A DNA stretch of 64,000 bases from an uncultured Nitrososphaerota archaeon (GTDB lineage: Archaea > Korarchaeota > Korarchaeia > Korarchaeales > Korarchaeaceae): NCBI GenBank assembly GCA_964594835.1, contig CAZQNA010000002.1, positions 160,001-224,000 of the forward strand. Reading direction: 5' to 3'. Positions 16,433 through 26,127 of this stretch are shown here, piece after piece (within the stretch, counting starts at the first letter, position 1; every line of letters begins with the position of its first letter). The notes under the pieces were generated by a model. It saw nothing but the letters and a program-made list of their open reading frames with translations, did no database searches and was not told where the DNA came from. Position numbers and translations under genes: made by a program.

Positions 16433-19400
16433 TTGCGCTCCAGGCTCAGGGGCCTGGTGGCTCTGGCTCTGATCGCGACACAGCTCTCCCCCATCGCCGC
16501 GGTCCTGTCGCAGGGATCCACCCCCGCGATCGATGTCGAGGCCCTGGCCCCGGACAAGGTGGGGGAATGCCTCCCCGCCAACTTCACCGTGAGACTGGAG
16601 AACTCTGGAGACGGGAACGCCACCAAGGTGGTAGTTCGGGTGACCATCCCAGGCGGAGTCTCCTACGTCTCCGGGACCGGGCGCGTCAACGGGACGCCCG
16701 CTGAACCCACCGTCTCCGGGGCCGACCTGGTCTGGAACGTCTCTGACCTAGGCTTCGATCCGATCGGGCCGGGCGAGAAGCTGGCGGTCGAGTTAAACCT
16801 CTCCGCCGGGTGCTCCTCTTCCGAGAGCGCGGACATAACGGCGACGATCACGTACGAGGACGAGGGCGGGAACTCCTACGTCTCCTCGGACGTGTCCGAT
16901 CCATTCCAGGTCCTGAGGCCGGCCCTCGTGGTGGAGAAGTCGCCCACCACACAGGAGGCCGAGGTCGGGGACGTCGTCCAGTGGACGCTCCGCGTCAAGA
17001 ACACGGGCTTCGTCAGGGCGGTCAACGTCACGCTCGTAGACGAGCTTGGCAGCTCTCTCGGATACCTGGGGGCCACCCCCAGCCCTGACGGCTTCCTCCC
17101 GGATGGGAGGGCTTACTGGACCAACATCTCCCTCGCCGTCGGGGAGACGTTCGAGGTCACCCTGAGGGCGACCGTTGATGGGTGCGAGGGCCTCGTCGAC
17201 AACGCCAGCGCCTACGTCACCTGCTCCGGCCAGTGTCACAGCGACTGGGCCCTGGGCTCCATAGCCCTCAAGCCCAGGACGCCGAGGATCAGGATGGCGG
17301 GTCACTCGGTCTCCCCCTCTCTCGTCACCCCGTGCGCCGAGTCCAAGGTGGAGGTCACGGTGGAGAACGCCGGGGACGGGGAGGCCAGGTCCCTAAACGT
17401 CACGCTCAGGCTCCCGTCCGGGCTAAACTACGTTTCGGGAACCGGGTCACCCCAGCCGGACGTCTCAGGGAACGAGCTGACATTCCACCTCGGCGACCTG
17501 GCCGCTGGGGGGTCTAGGGTAGTGTCGTTCAACGTGACGGCCGACTGCGGGGCCAGCGGGTCGGGAACGGTTGTGTTCTTCCCGCTGTACAAGGATCAGT
17601 GCGATCACGTCTGGAGGCCGAGCGTTGACTCCTTCCAGGTCCCCATGGCCTCCCCCTCCATATCCGTGGAGAAGAACGGGCCCCACGAGGCCCTAAACGC
17701 CACGACGTCCAACTACACTCTGACGGTCACGGTACACGGGTCGGACGCATGCCCCGACCCCCGAATGAAGGTTACAGACCGCCTGCCCGACATCCTGACC
17801 CTGGTCTCCGCGGAGCCCCAGCCCAACTCCACGGCAGGCAGGGTGATCACCTGGGACCTCAGGGCCCAGAACATCACGATCAACCTCACGACCCGGAGGT
17901 CCGACGGCGCGTCCTGCGGGGACTGGGGCGAGAACTCCGTGGACGCCGAGCTCAACTGCTGCGCCAGCTGCTCCCCCTCCTCCTCCGACTCCCACTCGAT
18001 AAGGATCACCTGCTCCAATCAGACGGACTGCTTCATCGTGAGGAGCGAGGCCAACGCCTCCTCGGTCGAGGCGTGCTCCCCGCTCGAGTACACGACCAAC
18101 GTGACGTTCAACGTGGACGGGATAAACTCCACGCTATCCAACATGACCTTCTCCCACTGCGCCGCGGAGACCGGCAACCTGGAGGAGACCTACCTTGGGC
18201 CGACCACGGTGACGCTCCCGAACGGGACGCAGGTCACGCTGGATCCCTACCTCCACACGAGCACGTGCATCTACTGGAACCTGAGCGAGCTGAACTTCGT
18301 AGTAAACTCGGGTGACGTGCTTGAGATATCCTACCCGATGAGGGTGAGGTGCTCGGCCGAGGGCTACATTCACGACAGGATGGGGCTGTCCCTCAACGCC
18401 ACGGCCTCTGACGGGACGAGCCTGGACTGCGAGGGGGAGGAGAGGTGGGCGGTATACGTCGAGGTCAGGAGGCCCCACCTGCAGATCTCGGAGTCTCACC
18501 CGCCCTACACCACCGTGTGCGAACGCGAGGAGAGGAGGGTCAGGGTCTCCGGGGCCACGGCATCCTCCCCCGGCTACAACCTCACCGTGACGAGCGAGGT
18601 TCCATCGGGCCTCGAGTTCCTCGGCCCCTCCGTGGTCGAGTTCGACAACGGCACGGTCGTGACCAACGTGGACCCGATCGTCCAGGGGGACCTCCTCATC
18701 TGGAACTCAACCAACGTGCCCCAGCTCTCAAAGGTCGACACGGGGTTCACGATCTCCTACAACATGACCCCCTGCTGCTCCGTCAGGCCCGGCTACGTCT
18801 ACAGGTCCACGCTCGACTACTCGGACAAGTGCGAGGCCCTTGGAATCTGCGAGCCCCAGTGCACGTGCGTATGGCACGAGACCTACACGAGCGGGGGTCA
18901 GCCCATACTCAGGGCGAACCTGGTGATCTACAAGACGCCCGAGAGGATATACGCCGAGTCCCAGATGGTCGAGTGGAGGATCTGGCTTTACAACTCGGGC
19001 AACGGGACGGCCAACAACGTCACGGTCGTCGACTCCCTCGGGGCCGGGCTGAGGTGCAACGCCAGCACGGCCCCCGCGGGCTGGTCCACCAGGGTCTCGG
19101 CGGACGGGAGGACCGTCACCTTCACGAACGGCACGTTAGGGCCCGGAGACAAGGTAAACTTCACGCTCCGCGCCAAGATGGTAGCCTGCTCTGGCCTGAC
19201 CGACCACGTGAACGCGTCCTGGGGCTGCTGCTCCGAGTCCTGTCAGGTCGTGGAGGACAGCTCCGACGTCGTCGTCCCCGACGGTGAGCTCTACATAACG
19301 GACGACCTAGAGCCCAACCCCGTGAACCTCTGCGAGGGGGCAAACGTCACCGCCGTCGTGAAGAACGTGGGCGCCGTCGACGTCTACAACGTCACCGTGA

Positions 19401-22400
19401 ACTACACCCTCCCGCCCTGCTTCTACTACAACTCCTCCGCCCTGGCGACCGCGTTCAACTCCACCTACTCGGCCCCCATCTCCCCGGCCCAGGTGGATCC
19501 AGAGCTGAGGTGGGTCGTCTGGGACCTCTCCGGCACCCCGTTCTCAACCCTGGACAGGGAGGAGACCGTCAACATCACGTTCGGGGCGGTGGCGAGCTGC
19601 CCCTGCGACGACGGGGGAGGGCACTCCACCATGAGGGTCACCTACGACAAGCCCTGCGCCGAGCAGGCCGCGGAGATAAGGACGTCCGGCTCCACGAACT
19701 ACGAGCTGAGGAAGCCGGACCTCCAGGTGGAGGCCGCCACCAGGGTCTGCGGGGAGAATGGCGATGAGATCGTGTGGGACGTGACCGTGGTCAACAGGGG
19801 AGATACGACCGCCAGAAACGTGGGAGTCACGATAGAGCTCCCCTCCGCCACGTCTTACGTTTCGGCGACCCCGACGCCGGATTCGGTCACCGGGAGGGTG
19901 TTGGAGTGGCGCCCGACCTCCGAGGGAGGCTCGCTCGACGACATACCCCCCAACGGGTCCCAGGCGTTCTCCATAACGGTCAGGGTGGTGGACTGCAAGA
20001 GTAGGGCCTACATCCACGTGAGGGTCAGGGACGGCTGCGAGGGGTGTGTGTACGAGGACGAGTGGTACAACAGCACCTCCTACCTCCACAGCACCCCGTA
20101 CCGCATCAGCGTCCAGATACGAGACGACACGGCGGAGGCGTGTGAGCAGGCCACCTGGAGGTTCAGGCTGAGGAACTCAGACCCGTGCCTGCCCCTCTAC
20201 GTCCCGAGCGGGCGGCTGATCGTCAACGACACCCTCGCCACGGGGGTGCAGGCCGTCACCCCCCTGGAGGACAACACTGTGGTCAGGTTCCACGACAGCT
20301 CGGAGGGCACGGACACCTACCTGCCGGTGTACCCGTACATGGTGGCCCCTCCGCCCGGCGTCACCATGTACGTGTGGGTGGAGGGGCTGCCAGGCGGTGG
20401 GATCCAGTGGTACATCATCAACGACACCTGGAGGCTCGACCCCCGGGACTACTTCGAGGTCAGGTACAACGTCACCTCCCCCGACTGCAGCCTCGTGAGG
20501 GCCGACCACACGATCCAGACCGACGGGGTCGAGGACTCCTGCGGAAAGGACAAGGACAGGACGAGGTCCAGGACGGACACGGTGCTCGTCCCGGTCCTCC
20601 AGGTGACCAAGGAGCCCAAGACCCAGTACGCCGACATCAACCAGACCGTGTCCTGGACGATCAGGGTGACCAACGTGGGGAACGCCACGGCCCCCAACGT
20701 GACCGTCGTGGACCGCCTGAACTCGAGGTTTGAGTACGTCGACGCCACCCCGCCGCCCGACAGGACGGAGGGGATAGCGGGGAGCTACACCGAGCTGACG
20801 TGGACCAACATAACCCTCGGCCCGGGCGAGAACTTCACCTTCGACCTGAGGGCCAAGCTCGTCAAGTGTCCGCCCCCGAACGCCACGGACAACGTCACGG
20901 CCTACTGGGGGTGCGGGCCGGCCTGCTCGGACCCGGTCTCCGCCGAGGCGATCGTGCTGGCCTGCGGCCTCCCGTCTCCCATAGACAAGAACCCGAGGAG
21001 GTTCGAGGTCTGTGGAAACGAGACGATCACGATCACCGTGCACAACAGCGGTGCCACGATGTATGGAATATCCTTCAACGAGACGCTTCCGTTCGGCCTT
21101 GAGCCGATCGACATACTCCCGGATGGCAACGTCAGCGCCAACATCTCGGTGTCCGGGGGGCCCTCATACACCAACGTGCCCAGCAACTTCACCGAGGTGC
21201 AGGCAGGGTCGCACAGGACGATCATCTGGACCCTGGAGGACGTGACCGTCCCAATGGGGGCGGACGTCTACCTGAGGTTCAGGGTGCACGCCAACTGCAG
21301 CCTGACCTCCACGAGGGAGGTCGTGAACTTCACATACTGGGACGCTTGCAACCACAGCTACACGAACGTCACGGTGTTCTCCACGTCGGACCTCAGGCCC
21401 GACCTCTCGAACAGCGAGAAGGTGGTCGTGTCCCCCGCGGGGAGGGTGGACAGGTGGGAGGAGGTCGTTTGGGACCTGATAGTCAGGAACTCGGGGGACG
21501 GGAGCGTCTACTTCCTGAACCTGACCGACTCGCTGGGCGAAGGCCTGGAGTTCCTCGGGGCGAACGTGACCCCCACCTCCGTCTCTGACGGGGTGATAAG
21601 GTGGAACCTCAGCCTCGTCCAGGACCCGCTCGAGCCGGGGGAGAGCATGGCCATTCGCGTGAGGGCCAACGCCACCGGCTGCCCGACCCGGTACACCGAC
21701 ACCGCCTCGTTCAGGTGGAGCTGCGACGGGGTCATATGCGCCGGAAACGAGGTCCAGTCGGAGGTGAGCGTTGACAGGGCCAGGGCCGGGATAGACGTGA
21801 AGAACGGCTTCGACGGGGAGCTGGAGAGGTGCACGGACGAGAGGGTGAACTTCACCGCCAGGAACACCGGGGACGGGACGGCCTACGGGTTCAACTCCTC
21901 GATGCCGGTCAGGCTCACCTACAGGTTCCCGACGTCGGCCTGCGCCTCCTACGTGAGCGGCTCTGCCAACGTCACGCTCCCGAACGGGACCGTCCTCCAC
22001 ATGGACCCCGGCGTCTCGGCCGTAGGCGGGACGGTCGAGCTGCTGTGGGAGCTGACCGGGGTGGAGGTGGAGCTAGGTGAGTCGATACGGGTCGAGTTCC
22101 TCCTTAGCGTCGGCTGCTGCTCCGTGCCCGGCGGCACCTTCGAGGCCAGTGGAAGCTGGTACGGCGCCTGCGGCGAGGTACTCACAGACTCGGACGACGT
22201 CGGTCCCCTGGAGGTCCTCATCCCGGACATAAGCGTCTCCAAGGAGCCGCCCCAGCAGAGGCAGGACTGGGGCGACCTCGCCGAGTGGACGATAGTCGTT
22301 TCGAACAACGGAAACGGGACGGCGAGGGACGTCAACGTCACAGACACCCTCTCTGACATGGAGTACGTCTACGACAACAGGTCCGACGTGAGGGTCAGCT

Positions 22401-25012
22401 CCTCCCCGAACCGGGTGGAGTGGAGGGTCCCGTCCCTCGGCCCGGGCGAGCGCTTCGTCGTCCTGCTCAGGGCCAACGTGACGGGCTGCTGGATCATGGA
22501 GGACAACGTCGAGGCCAGCTGGGGCTGCGGAGGATCCGACTGCGAGAGCGAGACCGACTCGGCCGAGGTGAGGCTCCTCTACCCGAACGTCTCAATATCG
22601 CTCATACCCTACACAGGCCACTGCCCGGTCTCCCCCGAGCCCGGAGACCTGGTGAACTACACCGTCAGGCTGGAGAGCCTGCCCGACACCGGCACCGCGT
22701 ACAACCTGACGTACTGGGTGGACCTGCCCGAGTTCATGGACTACGTCTGGTCAGAGGGCGGGAGCTACGACCCCGTCCTGAACAGGATAACCTGGACGCT
22801 GGACTCCATGGGACCCGGGCAGACCGTGGACAGGAACTTCACCGCCACGGTCAGGGCCCTCACGCCGGACCGCACGAGGGCCGACGTGAACGCCACCCTC
22901 ACGTATCACGACTCATGCGGCAGGACGGCCAACCCGGAGACCGGAGCGGAGTACTTCGACAACGACTCCTGCGGGGTCGTCGTGGTCAGGTCTCCCGTCC
23001 TCGACATCACGAAGGAGTTCATCCCCAACCAGACGACGGAGTGCTCGAAGGTCGTGGTCAACGTGACGTTCTGGAACAGGGGCCTCGGGCACATGTACAA
23101 CGTGTCGATAGTCGACGACCTGCCCGAGGGGCTGAGGTACGTCCCCAACACGACCATAGTGGTCAACGGGTCGACCGGCGAGATCATCTCCACGTCCGAC
23201 CCGACCATCTCTGGAAACAGGCTGACCTGGGACCTGGGTCTGACTCTGAATCCTGGCGAGGGCATCAGGATGAACTTCACAGTCAGGGCGGCCTGCGGGA
23301 CCGGAGGGTGCGTGAACTGGGTCACCGGCTACGGCGAGGATGGGGCAGGAGGCCGCAACTCGAGCACGGCCCACGCTAACCTATCCGTGTCATACGCGGT
23401 GCTCCGACTCAGCAAGAGCATAGGCGCCTCGGTGGTGCCCCAGGGCTCAACCGTCAAGGTGTACCTCATGACCACGAACCGCGGGAACACGACCGCCTGG
23501 AACCTTACCTTCAGGGACGTGCTGCCTGTAGGCATGAGCTACGTCTCCGGCTCCACCAGGATCGGGGGAGCCCCAGCCCCCGACCCGGTCAGGAGGGGGA
23601 GGGAGCTGATCTGGAGGACAACCCACTCGCTCGACCCCGGGGAGCGCCTGACCCTGGAGTTCGAGGCCGAGGTGACCGGCCTGGGGTACATGACGAACAG
23701 GGGTGAGGTGAACTGGACCTGCTCCTGCGGACCGGCCAGGGACTCCGACGTGATACTCGCCGTGCCGCCGCCATCTCCACCGCCGCCGACCCCGCCGCCA
23801 CCGTCCCCACCGCCGCCATCTCCACCGCCGCCATCTCCACCGCCGCCGACCCCGCCGGAGAACAGGACCCAGCCGAGGCCGGTGATCCACATAGAGAAGG
23901 TCGCTGATCCTGACGTGGCCAGGAGGGGCCAGGTGGTCCGCTTCCACATAACGGTCTGCAACCTCGGGAACGCGTCCACCGAGGTGATTCACGTCGTGGA
24001 CCTGCTGCCGGAGGGGCTGCAGCCGATGGGGCAGACTGACTGGACGGTTGGCCCCCTGGATCCGGGAGAGTGCGTCAACCTCACCCTGGACGCCAGAGTC
24101 ACGGTGATCGAGGGCGACCTGATCAACGTCGCCAAGGCCGACGGGTCGAACACCACGACCGTGGTCTACGTCAGGCCCACCTACGTCCCGGCGATAGGGG
24201 TGACCAAGACCTGCCCCGACGAGGTGAGGAGCGGAGAGCAGGCCAGGATAGTCGTGACCGTGGTGAACAGGGGCAACGGAACCTTCACGGGAGAGCTGGT
24301 GGATCTCCTGCCCGAGGGGTGGGTCCTGAGTCCGGAGAGCGTCGAGGTCGAGGGCAGGGCCGAGGTGAGGGTGGAGGCGGGGAGGCTCGTCCTCAACCTG
24401 ACCCTGGATCCCGGAGAGACCGTCAGGATAATCTACACGGTGACCGTGAACGATGAAGGCTGCAACAGGGTCACGGTGGCGGGAGAAGAGGTCGAGTGCT
24501 GCGTGTCGATCGTGCCCGCCACCCTGTCGACGATGCTGCTGATCTTGGCGTTCCTGCCCGTGAGGAGCAGGCCCGTGGTCGTGGACAGGGAGTCACTTAA
24601 GAGGCTGATCCTGTCACTCGGGGAGGAGAGGATCTCAAAGAGGTGGAAGATCCACATATCCAGGAGGACCGCGTCCGCCCTCCTGACGGATCCGGCCGTC
24701 GGGGGGAGCGTCGAGCGCCTGATCTCCACAGGCGTCCTGAAGGTGCAAGACATGACCTCTGAGGCTGAGATGGCGAGGCTCGTGAGGAGGCTGGCCAGGA
24801 GGCTGGGCGTCGACAGGGACGAGGCGGAGTCCCTCGCGCTGGCGATGGCCATGAACGCGAGGGCGCTGATATCCTCCAGCGCGATCCTGAGAGAGGCCGG
24901 CGCAGAGATCTCCCTTGACGTGAGGACTCCAAAGGAGTTCATCGAGGAGATGATCTCCACGGGGACCCTCACAGAGAGAGAGTGGATCCTGGCCCTCAGG
25001 AAGGCCGGGTGA
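16433..25012 (+). CDS. Giant (2859 aa) Cys-rich cell-surface glycoprotein with tandem DUF11/Ig-like repeats, TM helix and C-terminal PIN-like domain
   Basis: Signal peptide; repeated K....GD.V.WT..V.N.G...A.NV.V.D.LP.GL.Y units; abundant N-x-S/T; Pro-rich linker; TM then VVVD..EAESLALA. Confidence 0.88.
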   Translation: MRSRLRGLVALALIATQLSPIAAVLSQGSTPAIDVEALAPDKVGECLPANFTVRLENSGDGNATKVVVRVTIPGGVSYVSGTGRVNGTPAEPTVSGADLVWNVSDLGFDPIGPGEKLAVELNLSAGCSSSESADITATITYEDEGGNSYVSSDVSDPFQVLRPALVVEKSPTTQEAEVGDVVQWTLRVKNTGFVRAVNVTLVDELGSSLGYLGATPSPDGFLPDGRAYWTNISLAVGETFEVTLRATVDGCEGLVDNASAYVTCSGQCHSDWALGSIALKPRTPRIRMAGHSVSPSLVTPCAESKVEVTVENAGDGEARSLNVTLRLPSGLNYVSGTGSPQPDVSGNELTFHLGDLAAGGSRVVSFNVTADCGASGSGTVVFFPLYKDQCDHVWRPSVDSFQVPMASPSISVEKNGPHEALNATTSNYTLTVTVHGSDACPDPRMKVTDRLPDILTLVSAEPQPNSTAGRVITWDLRAQNITINLTTRRSDGASCGDWGENSVDAELNCCASCSPSSSDSHSIRITCSNQTDCFIVRSEANASSVEACSPLEYTTNVTFNVDGINSTLSNMTFSHCAAETGNLEETYLGPTTVTLPNGTQVTLDPYLHTSTCIYWNLSELNFVVNSGDVLEISYPMRVRCSAEGYIHDRMGLSLNATASDGTSLDCEGEERWAVYVEVRRPHLQISESHPPYTTVCEREERRVRVSGATASSPGYNLTVTSEVPSGLEFLGPSVVEFDNGTVVTNVDPIVQGDLLIWNSTNVPQLSKVDTGFTISYNMTPCCSVRPGYVYRSTLDYSDKCEALGICEPQCTCVWHETYTSGGQPILRANLVIYKTPERIYAESQMVEWRIWLYNSGNGTANNVTVVDSLGAGLRCNASTAPAGWSTRVSADGRTVTFTNGTLGPGDKVNFTLRAKMVACSGLTDHVNASWGCCSESCQVVEDSSDVVVPDGELYITDDLEPNPVNLCEGANVTAVVKNVGAVDVYNVTVNYTLPPCFYYNSSALATAFNSTYSAPISPAQVDPELRWVVWDLSGTPFSTLDREETVNITFGAVASCPCDDGGGHSTMRVTYDKPCAEQAAEIRTSGSTNYELRKPDLQVEAATRVCGENGDEIVWDVTVVNRGDTTARNVGVTIELPSATSYVSATPTPDSVTGRVLEWRPTSEGGSLDDIPPNGSQAFSITVRVVDCKSRAYIHVRVRDGCEGCVYEDEWYNSTSYLHSTPYRISVQIRDDTAEACEQATWRFRLRNSDPCLPLYVPSGRLIVNDTLATGVQAVTPLEDNTVVRFHDSSEGTDTYLPVYPYMVAPPPGVTMYVWVEGLPGGGIQWYIINDTWRLDPRDYFEVRYNVTSPDCSLVRADHTIQTDGVEDSCGKDKDRTRSRTDTVLVPVLQVTKEPKTQYADINQTVSWTIRVTNVGNATAPNVTVVDRLNSRFEYVDATPPPDRTEGIAGSYTELTWTNITLGPGENFTFDLRAKLVKCPPPNATDNVTAYWGCGPACSDPVSAEAIVLACGLPSPIDKNPRRFEVCGNETITITVHNSGATMYGISFNETLPFGLEPIDILPDGNVSANISVSGGPSYTNVPSNFTEVQAGSHRTIIWTLEDVTVPMGADVYLRFRVHANCSLTSTREVVNFTYWDACNHSYTNVTVFSTSDLRPDLSNSEKVVVSPAGRVDRWEEVVWDLIVRNSGDGSVYFLNLTDSLGEGLEFLGANVTPTSVSDGVIRWNLSLVQDPLEPGESMAIRVRANATGCPTRYTDTASFRWSCDGVICAGNEVQSEVSVDRARAGIDVKNGFDGELERCTDERVNFTARNTGDGTAYGFNSSMPVRLTYRFPTSACASYVSGSANVTLPNGTVLHMDPGVSAVGGTVELLWELTGVEVELGESIRVEFLLSVGCCSVPGGTFEASGSWYGACGEVLTDSDDVGPLEVLIPDISVSKEPPQQRQDWGDLAEWTIVVSNNGNGTARDVNVTDTLSDMEYVYDNRSDVRVSSSPNRVEWRVPSLGPGERFVVLLRANVTGCWIMEDNVEASWGCGGSDCESETDSAEVRLLYPNVSISLIPYTGHCPVSPEPGDLVNYTVRLESLPDTGTAYNLTYWVDLPEFMDYVWSEGGSYDPVLNRITWTLDSMGPGQTVDRNFTATVRALTPDRTRADVNATLTYHDSCGRTANPETGAEYFDNDSCGVVVVRSPVLDITKEFIPNQTTECSKVVVNVTFWNRGLGHMYNVSIVDDLPEGLRYVPNTTIVVNGSTGEIISTSDPTISGNRLTWDLGLTLNPGEGIRMNFTVRAACGTGGCVNWVTGYGEDGAGGRNSSTAHANLSVSYAVLRLSKSIGASVVPQGSTVKVYLMTTNRGNTTAWNLTFRDVLPVGMSYVSGSTRIGGAPAPDPVRRGRELIWRTTHSLDPGERLTLEFEAEVTGLGYMTNRGEVNWTCSCGPARDSDVILAVPPPSPPPPTPPPPSPPPPSPPPPSPPPPTPPENRTQPRPVIHIEKVADPDVARRGQVVRFHITVCNLGNASTEVIHVVDLLPEGLQPMGQTDWTVGPLDPGECVNLTLDARVTVIEGDLINVAKADGSNTTTVVYVRPTYVPAIGVTKTCPDEVRSGEQARIVVTVVNRGNGTFTGELVDLLPEGWVLSPESVEVEGRAEVRVEAGRLVLNLTLDPGETVRIIYTVTVNDEGCNRVTVAGEEVECCVSIVPATLSTMLLILAFLPVRSRPVVVDRESLKRLILSLGEERISKRWKIHISRRTASALLTDPAVGGSVERLISTGVLKVQDMTSEAEMARLVRRLARRLGVDRDEAESLALAMAMNARALISSSAILREAGAEISLDVRTPKEFIEEMISTGTLTEREWILALRKAG
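23765..23857 (+). repeat. Imperfect 15-bp tandem repeat encoding a (PPP[S/T]P)n linker
   Basis: About six CCGCCGCCATCTCCA-like units. Confidence 0.9.
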
Positions 25013-25031
25013 GGGGATCCTCCCCCTTCCC

Positions 25032-25241
25032 CTATTTTTTCCCCCTCAGGACCTCTACGATTATGACCGCCAGGAACGCGAGCGCCGCCCACCTCAGGTT
25101 CCCGGTCAGCCAGTAGACGGCCACGCCGACGGCCCCGGGGATGAGGAGCATCAGCACGGCCTTGAGGATCAGGATAACTATCACGAGCCCGAGCACGACT
25201 ATCAGCATGGACAGCACGTCGTGGAGGATCGACGGGTCCAC
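25032..25241 (-). CDS. Small hydrophobic membrane protein (~69 aa)
   Basis: Almost fully hydrophobic ORF ending RGKK. Confidence 0.6.
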   Translation of the reverse strand: MDPSILHDVLSMLIVVLGLVIVILILKAVLMLLIPGAVGVAVYWLTGNLRWAALAFLAVIIVEVLRGKK

Positions 25242-25424
25242 GTGGTCCCATGTGGTCCGACTCCAAATTAAAGAACCGCGTCTCGACCCGGCCGCCACGC
25301 GGGCGACGGGGGGGTGGTTTTTATGGACCCAGGTCAACTCCCCCCAGCTGGGCGGGCCCTTCTGGAAGCGCGCCTGAGGTGGAGGATCTGCGTTGCCCGA
25401 AGATGGAGAAGTCAAGATGACCGC

Positions 25425-26120
25425 GTGGAGGAGGAGCGCGTCGATAGGAAGAGGAGGTCCCTGCTCAAGGCTGGGATCGGGCTGGGGGTGACTATGCTCC
25501 TGGCCTATCTCCTCTGGCCCGATTTGGAGAAGCTCATGGGGAGGAGGGGGCGGAGAACCAGCCCGCCTGGGACGGGCGTCCCGGGCCTCACAAGCTCCCC
25601 GCCTCCCACGACCGCAACCCCTCACGAGACTCCGGCGCCCACGACGGGGCCGACGACCGGGCCTCCTGCCACCATCTCCCCCGGAGATCTGGGCGCGGAG
25701 CTCCCGGGCCTGCCGGGAGGGTCGCCGCTGGGGTCCCTGAGGCCCTACCTCACCCTCGAGCCCCTCGCGGCTATGTCCAGCACGGCGACCGACTGGGACA
25801 AGGTCCACCTGTCGGTCCAGCTGAAGTCGTCTAACTTGGGCGGCGCCCCGTCCTCGGCCCTGCTAGAGGTTCTGCTCCTAGAGGACAGCCTGACCCTACC
25901 CCTCAACCTCTCCTCGCTCCCCAGGATCGGTTTCGACGCGGTCTACCTGCCGCCCGGGAGCGGAGTCGTCCAGTGGTACTTTGCAGACATCCCCGCCGAC
26001 GCCACTGGCGTTTTCTTCGCTATAACTGACCCCCTTCTCGACCCGTGCCCGAGGTCCCTCTCCAGCCAGCCGGAGATCCAGGCAGAGATCGGGAGGCACC
26101 TGGTCTACTACGGGAAGTGA
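25425..26120 (+). CDS. Putative Tat-exported/anchored protein with Pro/Thr linker
   Basis: RKRRSLLKAGIGLGV twin-arginine-like motif, hydrophobic helix, PT-rich linker. Confidence 0.6.
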   Translation: MEEERVDRKRRSLLKAGIGLGVTMLLAYLLWPDLEKLMGRRGRRTSPPGTGVPGLTSSPPPTTATPHETPAPTTGPTTGPPATISPGDLGAELPGLPGGSPLGSLRPYLTLEPLAAMSSTATDWDKVHLSVQLKSSNLGGAPSSALLEVLLLEDSLTLPLNLSSLPRIGFDAVYLPPGSGVVQWYFADIPADATGVFFAITDPLLDPCPRSLSSQPEIQAEIGRHLVYYGK

Positions 26121-26127
26121 GAGGAGG

